The notes below the pieces were generated by a model. It was not told the origin of the DNA and searched no databases. It was given only the letters and a program-made list of their open reading frames with translations. The translations under genes were made by a program, and so were the position numbers. This document shows positions 55,645-64,000 of a DNA stretch of 64,000 bases, one piece after another. This DNA comes from Bradymonadia bacterium. GTDB lineage: Bacteria > Myxococcota_A > Bradymonadia > UBA7976 > UBA1532. How positions within the stretch are numbered: position 1 is the first letter of the stretch; each line of letters begins with the position of its first letter. The stretch spans positions 1 to 64,000 of the forward strand of contig JBKAGE010000050.1 in assembly GCA_046290225.1 (NCBI GenBank). Reading direction: 5' to 3'.

Positions 55645-56912
55645 CTGAAGCATCCCCTCATTTGGCGTAAACACCTATGAACATGGACAAATCGGCCTGC
55701 TCTTCAAGCACTTCACTCCAGGCTTTCATGAGCTTGCGAAAGCGCGGGGCGGGCATGTTGGGGATGAGGTCGTACCATCGAAGACCCTGACGAAGGAGCG
55801 AGAGTTGGCGCCGCTTGGCCGTGCTTGCGTAGAGAATCCGATCAAGGCCACATCGCTCACCGGCTTCTCCGAGAGACTCGAGAAAGCGCATGGCGAGTAC
55901 GGCGAGCAGTACGAGCCTGTCTCTGCGACCCTCCTTCTTGATTCGGCTCTGAGACATGCCCCATCCACGATGGCCATTCTTGAGGTCCCTGAAAGTCTCT
56001 TCGCAGCTGAAGCGTTTGCCATAAAGCTTTTTGATTTCAGAGCCGGAGAGGGTGTCATCGTTGCTGACAAGGAACCAGCCAGCCTTCATGCCCTTGTCTT
56101 TCACGATGACGACTTTGGCCACCTCATACTCTTCAGCGGTGATGGAGCCCCCAACGATGGTCCTCATGCGTCCATTGGGGTTGAGCCACTCTTGAGCAGT
56201 CCTACATTCCCCTTTAGAGTTGGTCACATACACATTGGACCTGATGCGCAGGATGTAGCTGAAGCCCAACATCTCGTCGATGTACTCCATGAAGCTGGAG
56301 TCCATGAATCCTCTATCCGCGACGATGGTCACCTTCATCGAGCTGGGCACCGTAGCTCTCAGGCGCGTGAGCAGCTCGTCTTCGTATCCGTTCCGCCTGC
56401 CTCTGAGCTTTGATTTCTTTACGGTTTTCCACATCAACGGCCTGGAGCGCCCGTGAGAAGTCTGTACGCTGGCCATCAGCATCGTGTGGTCGTCAGCGTC
56501 AAAGTCGGTCCAGTCCAGGTTGATGACCGCCGCCTCAAGGCCCTCGAGGCTGTGTCGGCACCACATCTCCTGCACCAACTCCACGTCGATGCCCTCGTTG
56601 CCCACAAGCCGGTCGATTTGCTTCACTGCGTGCTTGTCGCAAAGCCCCTCCACCGCCGCAAGTCCCCGACCAATCAGGTGAATCCCCAACGACCGGCTCT
56701 CGATTATCCCAACTACTCCGCTCGCCATCGACTCCACACGCTTTGCGTGAAAGTCCTCGCCGAACAGGCGATCAAGCGGGCCGCGAACGTCTGCAACTCT
56801 GATGCTTTTTCGGGTGCTCATGCCCCCAATGTTCACGCCAGAGAGCCCTCTTTCAAGGGAGCAGATGGTTTACATCTGTTCACAGTGTGCTGAAAATGAG
56901 GGGACGTTTCAG
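55645..56912 (-). mobile_element. Insertion sequence, IS4 family (IS10 group), 1268 bp
   Basis: TIRs CTGAAGCATCCCCTCATTT and AAATGAGGGGACGTTTCAG (17/19 match); 9-bp target duplication GACACAGGC at 55636-55644 and 56913-56921. Confidence 0.93.
55658..56836 (-). CDS. IS4-family DDE transposase
   Basis: 'INLDWT', 'IVADRGF', YREK signature 'YGKRFSCEETFRDLK'; stop codon lies inside the TIR. Confidence 0.93.
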   Translation of the reverse strand: MNIGGMSTRKSIRVADVRGPLDRLFGEDFHAKRVESMASGVVGIIESRSLGIHLIGRGLAAVEGLCDKHAVKQIDRLVGNEGIDVELVQEMWCRHSLEGLEAAVINLDWTDFDADDHTMLMASVQTSHGRSRPLMWKTVKKSKLRGRRNGYEDELLTRLRATVPSSMKVTIVADRGFMDSSFMEYIDEMLGFSYILRIRSNVYVTNSKGECRTAQEWLNPNGRMRTIVGGSITAEEYEVAKVVIVKDKGMKAGWFLVSNDDTLSGSEIKKLYGKRFSCEETFRDLKNGHRGWGMSQSRIKKEGRRDRLVLLAVLAMRFLESLGEAGERCGLDRILYASTAKRRQLSLLRQGLRWYDLIPNMPAPRFRKLMKAWSEVLEEQADLSMFIGVYAK

Positions 56913-57063
56913 GACACAGGCTGCAATTGAAGCTGAGATGATGTGTTTCTGAGCGACCTGAGAGTTCAGGTCTTGGGGTGTATGGAGGCCAAAACCTCCA
57001 ATGAGAGATATATGGGGCCCAGTAGAGCCTCCACCATCACAAATCCACGAGCGGAGTCATGCT

Positions 57064-57162
57064 GGGCCACGGGTCCGCATATGTATCAACTCGTGCCCGT
57101 GCCCGTGCCCGTGCCCGTGCCCGAAAAACTCTCTTTGCGAGCGAAGCGAGCCCCACGACGAC
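57064..57162. repeat. Family B inverted-repeat element, right arm, with (GTGCCC)5
   Basis: Near reverse complement of 55524-55622; five GTGCCC units at 57093-57122. Confidence 0.85.
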
Positions 57163-57164
57163 AC

Positions 57165-58463
57165 CTATCCCCGTCGCAGAAGCATCTTCGGCAACACCAG
57201 ATTGATATAAAAAGCCAACAACATCAGCCCCGCGCTGATGTTGAACGTCATCGGGCCCATCGATGTGTATGCCACTCCACCGAGCAACAACCCGAAGATG
57301 CTCGCCAGGCTGCCTGCGCTGCCCGCAAGGCCTTGCACCGCGCCTTGCAACTCATCACCCGCCGCAGCCGCCACCGTAGACACCAGTGAGGGCCACATGA
57401 TGCCGTTGCCGAGAGCGAACAACGCCGCCGCGATGTAGAGCACCCAGGTCTCCGGGGACTGCATCAGGCCGAAATTCACCGCCAGCAACATCAGGCCCGA
57501 GGTGATGAGCGTGCGCTCCGAGGTGCGCGTCGAGAGCCAGGCCAGCACAGGACCCTGCACCACCACCAACATGAAGCTGAGTACCGCGAAGAAGGCCCCC
57601 ATCTCGCCGGCGGACCAGCCCAGGCGGGTGGAGGCGTTCATGGGGAAGGCCGTGTAGAAGAAGCTGAAGCCCGCCATCACGATGAAGTTCAGGGCGATGA
57701 CGAAAGCGATGGGGCCGCGCTTGAGCAGGCTCAACGTGCTCTGGCGCTTTCGGGCCTGCAGACAGTCGAGGGTCTCCTGACCAAGGGCCTGCACCGCGTC
57801 GAGACGCTGTTGCTTGCACTCGTCATCTACAGGCTTTCGAGACTCTGGTAGCCAGAACAAGATGAAACCTGCGCCCACCAGCGCGATGAGGGCCGCGCCG
57901 AAGATGGGCAGAGCCTCGCCCATGGCCGTCGAGCCGAGCACCCCCGCCAGGGCGGGGCCCAGGACCATGCCCAGGTTCGAGGCCACCCCCATGCGGCCGA
58001 AGTTGCGGCTGCGGGTGGCGTCGGTGCTGATGTCGGCCACATAGGCATTGGCCACGGAAATGTTCCCCCCAGTGAGGCCGTCGAGCGCCCGGGCGAACAT
58101 GATGACCACGAGAGGCAAGGTGAGCGTGCCGGCACCGATGGAGGCAAGCTCGGTGGTGGGCAGATAGAGCGCAGCGCCGAAGATGAGCCACGAGATCAGC
58201 GTGCCCAGCTGGCTCAGCAGCAAGATCTTGCGGCGACCGTAGCGATCGGACCAGCGCCCGAGGATGGGGGCGCCGAAGAACTGAAACGTCGAGTAGCAAG
58301 CGGCCACCACCCCATAGATCACGGCGTCGCCACCGAGGCGGGTCACCAAAAAGACCAGGAACGGGATCGCGATGGTGTACCCGAGTGTGCCGATGAAGTT
58401 CACCAACAGCACGGGGGCCATGGGCGGCGCCGAGGTGTTCGGGGTGGTCAGAGGCTGAGTCAT
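57165..58463 (-). CDS. MFS efflux transporter (TetA/DHA1-like)
   Basis: 'APILGRWSDRYGRRKILL' motif A, 'DGLTGGNISVANAYVADI', 'GPALAG'. Confidence 0.9.
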   Translation of the reverse strand: MTQPLTTPNTSAPPMAPVLLVNFIGTLGYTIAIPFLVFLVTRLGGDAVIYGVVAACYSTFQFFGAPILGRWSDRYGRRKILLLSQLGTLISWLIFGAALYLPTTELASIGAGTLTLPLVVIMFARALDGLTGGNISVANAYVADISTDATRSRNFGRMGVASNLGMVLGPALAGVLGSTAMGEALPIFGAALIALVGAGFILFWLPESRKPVDDECKQQRLDAVQALGQETLDCLQARKRQSTLSLLKRGPIAFVIALNFIVMAGFSFFYTAFPMNASTRLGWSAGEMGAFFAVLSFMLVVVQGPVLAWLSTRTSERTLITSGLMLLAVNFGLMQSPETWVLYIAAALFALGNGIMWPSLVSTVAAAAGDELQGAVQGLAGSAGSLASIFGLLLGGVAYTSMGPMTFNISAGLMLLAFYINLVLPKMLLRRG

Positions 58464-58910
58464 TCAGCGGGCTCGGCTGATGTAGCGGTCGAGGGCGTTG
58501 GCGAACCGCTGTTTGTCTTTGGGGCCAAAGGGAGCCGACCCCCCAGTCTGTACGCCCGAGTCGCGCAGGTCGGTCATGAAGTCTCGTACGCTGAGCCGCT
58601 CTCGCACGTTGTCTTCGGTGTACTCCCAACCTCTGGGGTTGAGTCCTGTGGCGCCTTTCTCGACGACGCGGGCAGCGAGGGGAATGTCGGCGGTGATGAC
58701 AAGATCCGAGGTCTCTACCCGCTCAGCGATCCAGTCGTCGGCGACATCGGCCCCTGAAGAGACCACGATGCTGGTGATGTGCACGTTCTGTGGGGTGTGA
58801 ATTGGCCGGTTGGCCACGAGCACCACCGTGCATTTACGGCGTTGGGCGGCTCTGAAAGCCAGCTCTTTGACGACGCGGGGGCAGCCGTCGGCGTCGACCC
58901 AGATGGTCAT
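58464..58910 (-). CDS. yaiI: YaiI/YqxD (UPF0178) family protein
   Basis: 'IWVDADGCP', 'ADD.I', 'DLVITADIPLA', 'NPRG..Y'. Confidence 0.9.
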   Translation of the reverse strand: MTIWVDADGCPRVVKELAFRAAQRRKCTVVLVANRPIHTPQNVHITSIVVSSGADVADDWIAERVETSDLVITADIPLAARVVEKGATGLNPRGWEYTEDNVRERLSVRDFMTDLRDSGVQTGGSAPFGPKDKQRFANALDRYISRAR

Positions 58911-58958
58911 GAATGCTCCTGCAGTTGAGTTGATGGCCGCAGGCTATCGTCCATGGTG

Positions 58959-60989
58959 TCAAAGGTCGAGGGCCACCTCTTCTGTCGCAGGTACACCACA
59001 ACACATCAGCGCCTCATCCTCACTGAGCGTTGCCGTGTAGCCGTCGGGGTAGGTCACACGGCCCTTCAAGAGTTTCACCGTGCAGCTGCCACAGCTGCCA
59101 CTTCGACAGCTGAACTCGGGCTTCAGGCCGTGGGCTTCGGCGAGCTCGAGCAGAGTGCCGTCATCGGGGAGCCAGGGCATCTCGAAGCCTGCTCGAGTGA
59201 AGCTGACCACTGCCTCGGCCACAGGCGTCTCGGAAGCTGGCATCGCGACCACCTCCTCTGGGCGGCGTACCAGAGACGATGGTCCGAACGACTCCGAGAA
59301 GATGCGTCCGTCGCGGACCCCGAGGCCGAGCAAGGCGTCGTACATGGCTTGCATGAAGCCCTCGGGGCCGCACAGATAGAAGTCATAGTCGTCGAGGGGC
59401 AACATCGCGCTGATCGCCTCTGCCGTGATGCGTCCTTCGCCGTTGTGGGTGATGCCTGGTGTGTCTGTGTCTTCAGGGGCCGTCAGGAAGCTGTAGACCT
59501 GGACCGCGCCCTGACTCCGGGTGGCCAGGCTTCTTGCCTCTTCAAAGAAAGCACGCTCAGTGCTGTTGCGGGCGCTGTGGATGAAGAAGGTTCGTCTGAA
59601 GTGTCGGGTGCGCTGCCCCTCGGAGATGACGTGACGGAGCATGCTCATCATGGGCGTCACACCCACCCCGGCGGAGAGCAGCACCACAGGGCGTTTTACC
59701 GATGCGTCGAGGGTCATGCCCCCAGCGGGGCCCTTGAGTCGCAGCGTCTGTCCCGGCTGCACCCGATCGTGCAGCCAGCTTGAAGCGACACCCTCGCGTT
59801 TGACGCTGATGCGATAGAGACCATCCGCAGGAGCGCTCGACACAGTGTAATTGCGCAAAATGGGGCCGTCAGCGCCCACGGGCACTTCCAAGGTGATGTG
59901 CTGACCCGCTGCAAAGGGGCTCGCGTCTAGCTTGTCGGCAGGCTCGAGGAAGAACGAGCGAATGACCGATGACTCGTCCACAGCGCGAACCACGCGAAAG
60001 GAGCGCCACGTTGACCGAAGCGCCTCCGCACGTCGCCGGTCTTCAGCCTGACTCCAGGTGCCGGTCAACTCGTTGTAGGGCGAAGACTGGCCAAAGCTGA
60101 AGGTGAAGGGTAGGGCGCCCCGAATCCGGACCCCGTGGTGAGGGGTGAAGCGCCAGAGCCGATCAGCCCCCTGAAATGCCTGCACCTCGGGGCCGTCCCA
60201 GATCATCTGCACTGCCCCAGTGAGGCTGAGCAGATCACCCGTGTCGAAATCGATGAAGAGTAGACCCGCCCGCGGGTAGATCTCGAAGTTCCCCAGCGTG
60301 TTGAAGGCATTGTTTCCGCTGAAGTCGGGCACCGTGAGTACGCCATCTTCGCTCACTTGCACAAAGCCAGGGCGACCGCCCCGATGAGAGGCGTCAGCCC
60401 CCATCGTGGGGCCGCTTCCCCCTGGTCCGGTGCTGCTGGCGACGAAGAAGGTGTCCGAGCCGGAGACGAGGGCTTTCCCATCGTCGTCGAGGGACGTCAG
60501 GTGTTCGACTGTGGGCGCAGGTCGATCATCGAGGAAGCGCAACGCCCGGGTCTGGATGTACTGAGGGCAGTTGCCGAACGACTGATCCACCGAGAGGTTG
60601 ATGGCATCGTCTTCGACGGCTGTGATCTCGAGGTTGAGCCGATTGCGCCGTCGGGTGGCGAGCTCGAGCCCCAAGAGCCCCACCTTGAGGCCCTGACGCA
60701 GGCTCGCCGACAACGGATCCCCCACGACGGGTCGAGTCTGGATCCGCATCGAGCGGGCGTCGGGAGTGCCCACGAAGCCCGGAGCCCCTGCAAGGATGGA
60801 GGCCCAAGGCCAGCCATCGTCGTCCAGGTGGCCCACCACCACGAAGGGCAGTTTCTCGTAGAGCTCACGGTGCTGCTCCGGCATGTGATCTCGAATCATC
60901 CGGCGACCGAGCCGCTCGGATTGCTCACGAACGCCGACACGGCTCTGGACGGACTGCTCGCCAGCATGAAAAGGGCTGGGGGCGTTCAT
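58959..60989 (-). CDS. Pyridoxamine 5'-phosphate oxidase-like / ferredoxin reductase / 2Fe-2S fusion oxidoreductase
   Basis: 'FHAGEQ.VQ', 'GNCPQYI', 'DASHRGG.PGFV', 'RNYTVSS', 'AGVGVTPM', 'YLCGP', 'CRSGSCGSC'. Confidence 0.92.
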   Translation of the reverse strand: MNAPSPFHAGEQSVQSRVGVREQSERLGRRMIRDHMPEQHRELYEKLPFVVVGHLDDDGWPWASILAGAPGFVGTPDARSMRIQTRPVVGDPLSASLRQGLKVGLLGLELATRRRNRLNLEITAVEDDAINLSVDQSFGNCPQYIQTRALRFLDDRPAPTVEHLTSLDDDGKALVSGSDTFFVASSTGPGGSGPTMGADASHRGGRPGFVQVSEDGVLTVPDFSGNNAFNTLGNFEIYPRAGLLFIDFDTGDLLSLTGAVQMIWDGPEVQAFQGADRLWRFTPHHGVRIRGALPFTFSFGQSSPYNELTGTWSQAEDRRRAEALRSTWRSFRVVRAVDESSVIRSFFLEPADKLDASPFAAGQHITLEVPVGADGPILRNYTVSSAPADGLYRISVKREGVASSWLHDRVQPGQTLRLKGPAGGMTLDASVKRPVVLLSAGVGVTPMMSMLRHVISEGQRTRHFRRTFFIHSARNSTERAFFEEARSLATRSQGAVQVYSFLTAPEDTDTPGITHNGEGRITAEAISAMLPLDDYDFYLCGPEGFMQAMYDALLGLGVRDGRIFSESFGPSSLVRRPEEVVAMPASETPVAEAVVSFTRAGFEMPWLPDDGTLLELAEAHGLKPEFSCRSGSCGSCTVKLLKGRVTYPDGYTATLSEDEALMCCGVPATEEVALDL

Positions 60990-61001
60990 CTGCAGCTCCT
61001 T

Positions 61002-61628
61002 TCAGGCTGCGAGGGCCACTGCGGTCTTTTTCATGGGCACGAACCCTTCGAGAGTTTCCACTGTGGCGAGCCAGCGTCGGATCCCAGGATACGGTGAGAG
61101 GTCGACGGCCCCCTCAGGTGCGTGGGCGGTATAGCTGTAGAGAGCGATGTCGGCGAGAGAGGCCCGCTCGCCGACGAGGTATGTGCGATCGCCAAGGTGG
61201 GCTTCGAGCATGGTGAACAGCCGATGGGCTGTTGCGATGGCCCCTTTATGATCGAGCCCGGCACCGAAGACCGTCACGAGGCGGGCATCGGCGGGGCCAC
61301 GCTTCAGCTCTCCTGCGGCGATGGAGAGCCAGCGCTGCACCTGGGCCCGAGCCGTGGGCGCTGTGGGGTACCACAGGCCCTCGGTGTCGTAGCGCTCTGC
61401 GAGATAGACCAGGATGGCGTTGCTGTCGGCGATGACCTGGTCGCCATCTTCGATGACTGGCACCTGACCCATGGGGTTGAGAGTCAGGAAGGCTGGCTGC
61501 TTGTGGGCTCCAGCAGCGAGATCCACGTCGACAAGTGTGTAGTCGATGCCCATGAGAGAAAGGGCGAGTTGCACGCGATGAGCGTGTCCGGAGAGGGCGT
61601 GACGATGAAGGCGGATGGGGGCGTGCAT
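61002..61628 (-). CDS. Glutathione S-transferase family protein
   Basis: 'LSGHAHRV', 'LNPMGQVPV', 'DSNAILVYLA', 'AD.ALYSYTAHAPEG'. Confidence 0.92.
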   Translation of the reverse strand: MHAPIRLHRHALSGHAHRVQLALSLMGIDYTLVDVDLAAGAHKQPAFLTLNPMGQVPVIEDGDQVIADSNAILVYLAERYDTEGLWYPTAPTARAQVQRWLSIAAGELKRGPADARLVTVFGAGLDHKGAIATAHRLFTMLEAHLGDRTYLVGERASLADIALYSYTAHAPEGAVDLSPYPGIRRWLATVETLEGFVPMKKTAVALAA

Positions 61629-61761
61629 ATCATGGCTCCTGCATGTCGAGTCGAAGGTTGCGGCGGGGCGCCTTGCCGATGACTTCACCCTAGAGATGTG
61701 CAGAATCTGCGTGAATGGCTTAGAATTGATATCCTGTTGATACAGAAGTGATCAAATTGCT

Positions 61762-62643
61762 GTGGATACTGAGCATCTCGAAGTCTTCGTGCACGCCGCT
61801 CGAGGGGGGAGCCTCTCGGAGGCAGCGCGGCGTATGGGCTTGACCCCAGCATTGGCGAGTCGTCGGCTCGCTGCCCTGGAGCGAGAGCTCGGGGCTCGCC
61901 TTGCCCATCGCACCACGCGCAGTTTTGCCCTCACCGACGAGGGCGCTTCGTTCTTGCCCCACGCCGAGTCGATCCTCGAAGCAGAAGCCATGGCCAGGGC
62001 ATCCGTGCAGGGTCAGCAGCTACAGGCAACGGGGCTGTTGAGGGTAGGGGCCCCGTTCCCTCTCGCCCGGCGTGTGATCTCGCCCTTGATGGGCGAGTTG
62101 CTCATGGCCCACCCCGAGCTGCGCATCAACCTGCAGGTCACCGACACCTTCGTCGACATCGTGGAGGCGGGCCTCGACGTGGTGCTCCGGGTGGCGCACC
62201 TCGAAGACTCAAGCCTCATCGCCAGACGACTGGCCCCCAGTCCTCGTGTGCTGTGTGCCGCCCCTGAGTATCTGGAGCGGCGCGGGCGCCCGGAGCGCGT
62301 CTCTGATCTCGTCCACCACGACTGCCTCGTGTGCACCCGCACGGATCACTGGCTCTTCGACGATGACGGGGTGGTGCGTCAGGTGCGCGTCGCCGGGCGC
62401 CTCACCAGCAACAGTCATCTGCCTCTTCGAGCCGCCTGTGTCGCCGGTGCGGGCATCGCGCTCTATTCGCTCTGGGATGCTGTGGACGATCTCGAAGCGG
62501 GCCGGCTGGTGCAGCTCGATCTCGACCTGCCTCCACGATCAGACTTGAGCATCTGGGCGCTCTATCCCACTCGGGTGCTGGTTCCGGCGAAGGTGCGTGT
62601 GTTCATCGACGCTGTGTACCACCACTTGAGCGCCCATCGCTGA
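61762..62643 (+). CDS. LysR-family transcriptional regulator (CrgA-like)
   Basis: 'GSLSEAARRMG', 'HRTTRS..LT.EG', 'PAKVRVFID'; divergent from the GST operon. Confidence 0.92.
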   Translation: MDTEHLEVFVHAARGGSLSEAARRMGLTPALASRRLAALERELGARLAHRTTRSFALTDEGASFLPHAESILEAEAMARASVQGQQLQATGLLRVGAPFPLARRVISPLMGELLMAHPELRINLQVTDTFVDIVEAGLDVVLRVAHLEDSSLIARRLAPSPRVLCAAPEYLERRGRPERVSDLVHHDCLVCTRTDHWLFDDDGVVRQVRVAGRLTSNSHLPLRAACVAGAGIALYSLWDAVDDLEAGRLVQLDLDLPPRSDLSIWALYPTRVLVPAKVRVFIDAVYHHLSAHR

Positions 62644-62649
62644 AGTTGC

Positions 62650-63726
62650 TCAGGGCGTCCAGCCCTGGTCGAACTGCTCGGTGCCCAGCAGCTTGCCGGC
62701 TTCGAGGTCCACCCAGACACCTGTGTGTTTCTGAGCGTTGAACATGAACAATGTCTGGTCGAAGTATCGCGCGCCTGTGTGCACAGACGCCTCGAAGGGC
62801 AAAGTGACGGTCCACACGGGAGCCCCCTGCCGGTCGAGGCGTGAGAGCAGAACGGGGGCAACGTCGCGATCGAGATGGCCCCGATGTTGAATCAGCAGAG
62901 GTGCTGGTTGGGGCCTGCGAACCGAGGTGGTGCAGGGGGCGATCTTCAACACCTGAGGAAAAAAGTAGGTGTCGACGCTGCGAAGCAGCCGCTGCCCGGA
63001 GGCATCTGTCGCCGATATACGCGTACGGGGCCCTTCGGGGGTGAAGTCGATGCGATGAAACCCCGGAGAGACCGTGTCCATCCCCCGAACATAGGGTTGC
63101 TTCCTCGTTGGCCCTTTGAACGCATCACGCCCCGAGTTGTAGAGCCCCGAACAGCCATGTCGGCGGGCGGTGTCCTCGATGCTGGGTGCTGAGATCTCGT
63201 TGGCTTCGTACCCGTCTTCGGTCCACCACAGCTTCCGGCCATCGTTGAGATCCATCACGATGGTCTCTTCGGAGACGCGATAGTGCCCGCTGGGGCGGGT
63301 GAAGAGCTTCTCGCCATATGCGCCGAGCTGGCTCCGGAGGGTGCGGGTGTCCAAGACGAGCTGGCCCGTGGTGGTGTCGATGAAGACCTGCTGATTGGAT
63401 GTGTCGATGTATCCCGGGATGCCGATGTAGCGCCCGGTAATGGGTGAGAGCGTGCCTGGGAATGGCAACGGCGTACGGCTCAACCATCGGCGAGCCACCG
63501 GGTCGTACAGATCGAGCCGGGCACCCTCGCACCCCTTCACTCGACCTGTGACGGCGACGAGGGGCTTGAGCCACACATCCTCGGCCATCGCGCTCTGAAC
63601 CCGGTCTGCGGAGAGCGGCGCTGTGTTGCAGTCCACCTTGGGGGCGACTGGCTCAGCGGGCGTGGGTGTGCCCACGGGCACACATCCCGAGAGCACGGCC
63701 AGAGCGACACAGATCAGTCGCGCCAT
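62650..63726 (-). CDS. Hypothetical lipoprotein (beta-rich)
   Basis: MARLICVALAVLSGC lipobox; no recognised family. Confidence 0.65.
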   Translation of the reverse strand: MARLICVALAVLSGCVPVGTPTPAEPVAPKVDCNTAPLSADRVQSAMAEDVWLKPLVAVTGRVKGCEGARLDLYDPVARRWLSRTPLPFPGTLSPITGRYIGIPGYIDTSNQQVFIDTTTGQLVLDTRTLRSQLGAYGEKLFTRPSGHYRVSEETIVMDLNDGRKLWWTEDGYEANEISAPSIEDTARRHGCSGLYNSGRDAFKGPTRKQPYVRGMDTVSPGFHRIDFTPEGPRTRISATDASGQRLLRSVDTYFFPQVLKIAPCTTSVRRPQPAPLLIQHRGHLDRDVAPVLLSRLDRQGAPVWTVTLPFEASVHTGARYFDQTLFMFNAQKHTGVWVDLEAGKLLGTEQFDQGWTP

Positions 63727-64000
63727 GTGGCCAGCACCTTCTTCTCCTGCCAGAACTTCTCCAGAGTCCACTGCGGCTTCAGTACACAGGCCACCTGCAG
63801 AGGACTCAGCTTCACGCTCAGCGGGTGAGAGCGCTCGTTTTGCCAGGTGCCGATGTCCATGACGACGTCCCCCTGCAGGCTCAGCCCCCGCTCGCTCAGG
63901 ATCTCCATGATGGCCGGTACCTGAAGATCCACCCCTGTGGTGGCCTCAGCGTGTGGGTTGCGCAACACCTTGGCGGTGTCGACGAGGGCCTGCAAATCCT
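63714..64000 (-). CDS. Hypothetical protein, C-terminal fragment (cut by window edge)
   Basis: Open frame to the window end; its stop overlaps the start of the downstream lipoprotein. Confidence 0.5.
   Translation of the reverse strand, partial: DLQALVDTAKVLRNPHAEATTGVDLQVPAIMEILSERGLSLQGDVVMDIGTWQNERSHPLSVKLSPLQVACVLKPQWTLEKFWQEKKVLATWRD

Noticed and set aside
55524..57162. The 99-bp arms as the true termini of the transposon
   Set aside because: The IS has its own IS10-like TIRs and a perfect 9-bp TSD internal to the arms.
1..64000. rRNA, tRNA, prophage or integrase
   Set aside because: None recognised by eye; a tRNAscan/Rfam run would be needed to exclude small RNAs formally.

Overview
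GC-rich window with the gene content of a Myxococcota-type (deltaproteobacterial) genome; the taxonomy is an inference from gene content. 1-16.5 kb is mostly housekeeping: a type IVa pilus pilMNOP-pilQ operon (pilQ cut by the window edge), an MFS transporter, an orphan sigma-54 response regulator, a GH13 alpha-glucosidase, two parvulin PPIases, MscS, metG and a nitrilase-family enzyme. 25.3-43.7 kb is an accessory secreted/surface-protein locus. It contains a 2,100-aa signal-peptide-bearing fused TcB/TcC-type (SpvB + FG-GAP + YD/RHS) toxin with a hydrophobic and very basic C-terminal cargo and no TcA partner in the window. It also contains a divergently transcribed trimeric-fibre-like adhesin with a small lipoprotein partner, a TPR-like exported protein, three Cys-rich lipoproteins, and three tandem membrane/HEAT paralogues, the middle one decayed. 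43.7-64 kb holds several LysR/oxidoreductase modules, an XRE-STAND-TPR protein, a DUF1592/DUF1552 pair and an intact IS4-family (IS10-group) element. Non-coding highlights are two copies of a ~500-bp giant-hairpin element with compensatory base changes (17708-18255, 24674-25168) and a second inverted-repeat element carrying (GGGCAC)5 that was split by the IS. No rRNA, tRNA or CRISPR array was recognised. Family assignments come from motif recognition by eye, not from database searches.
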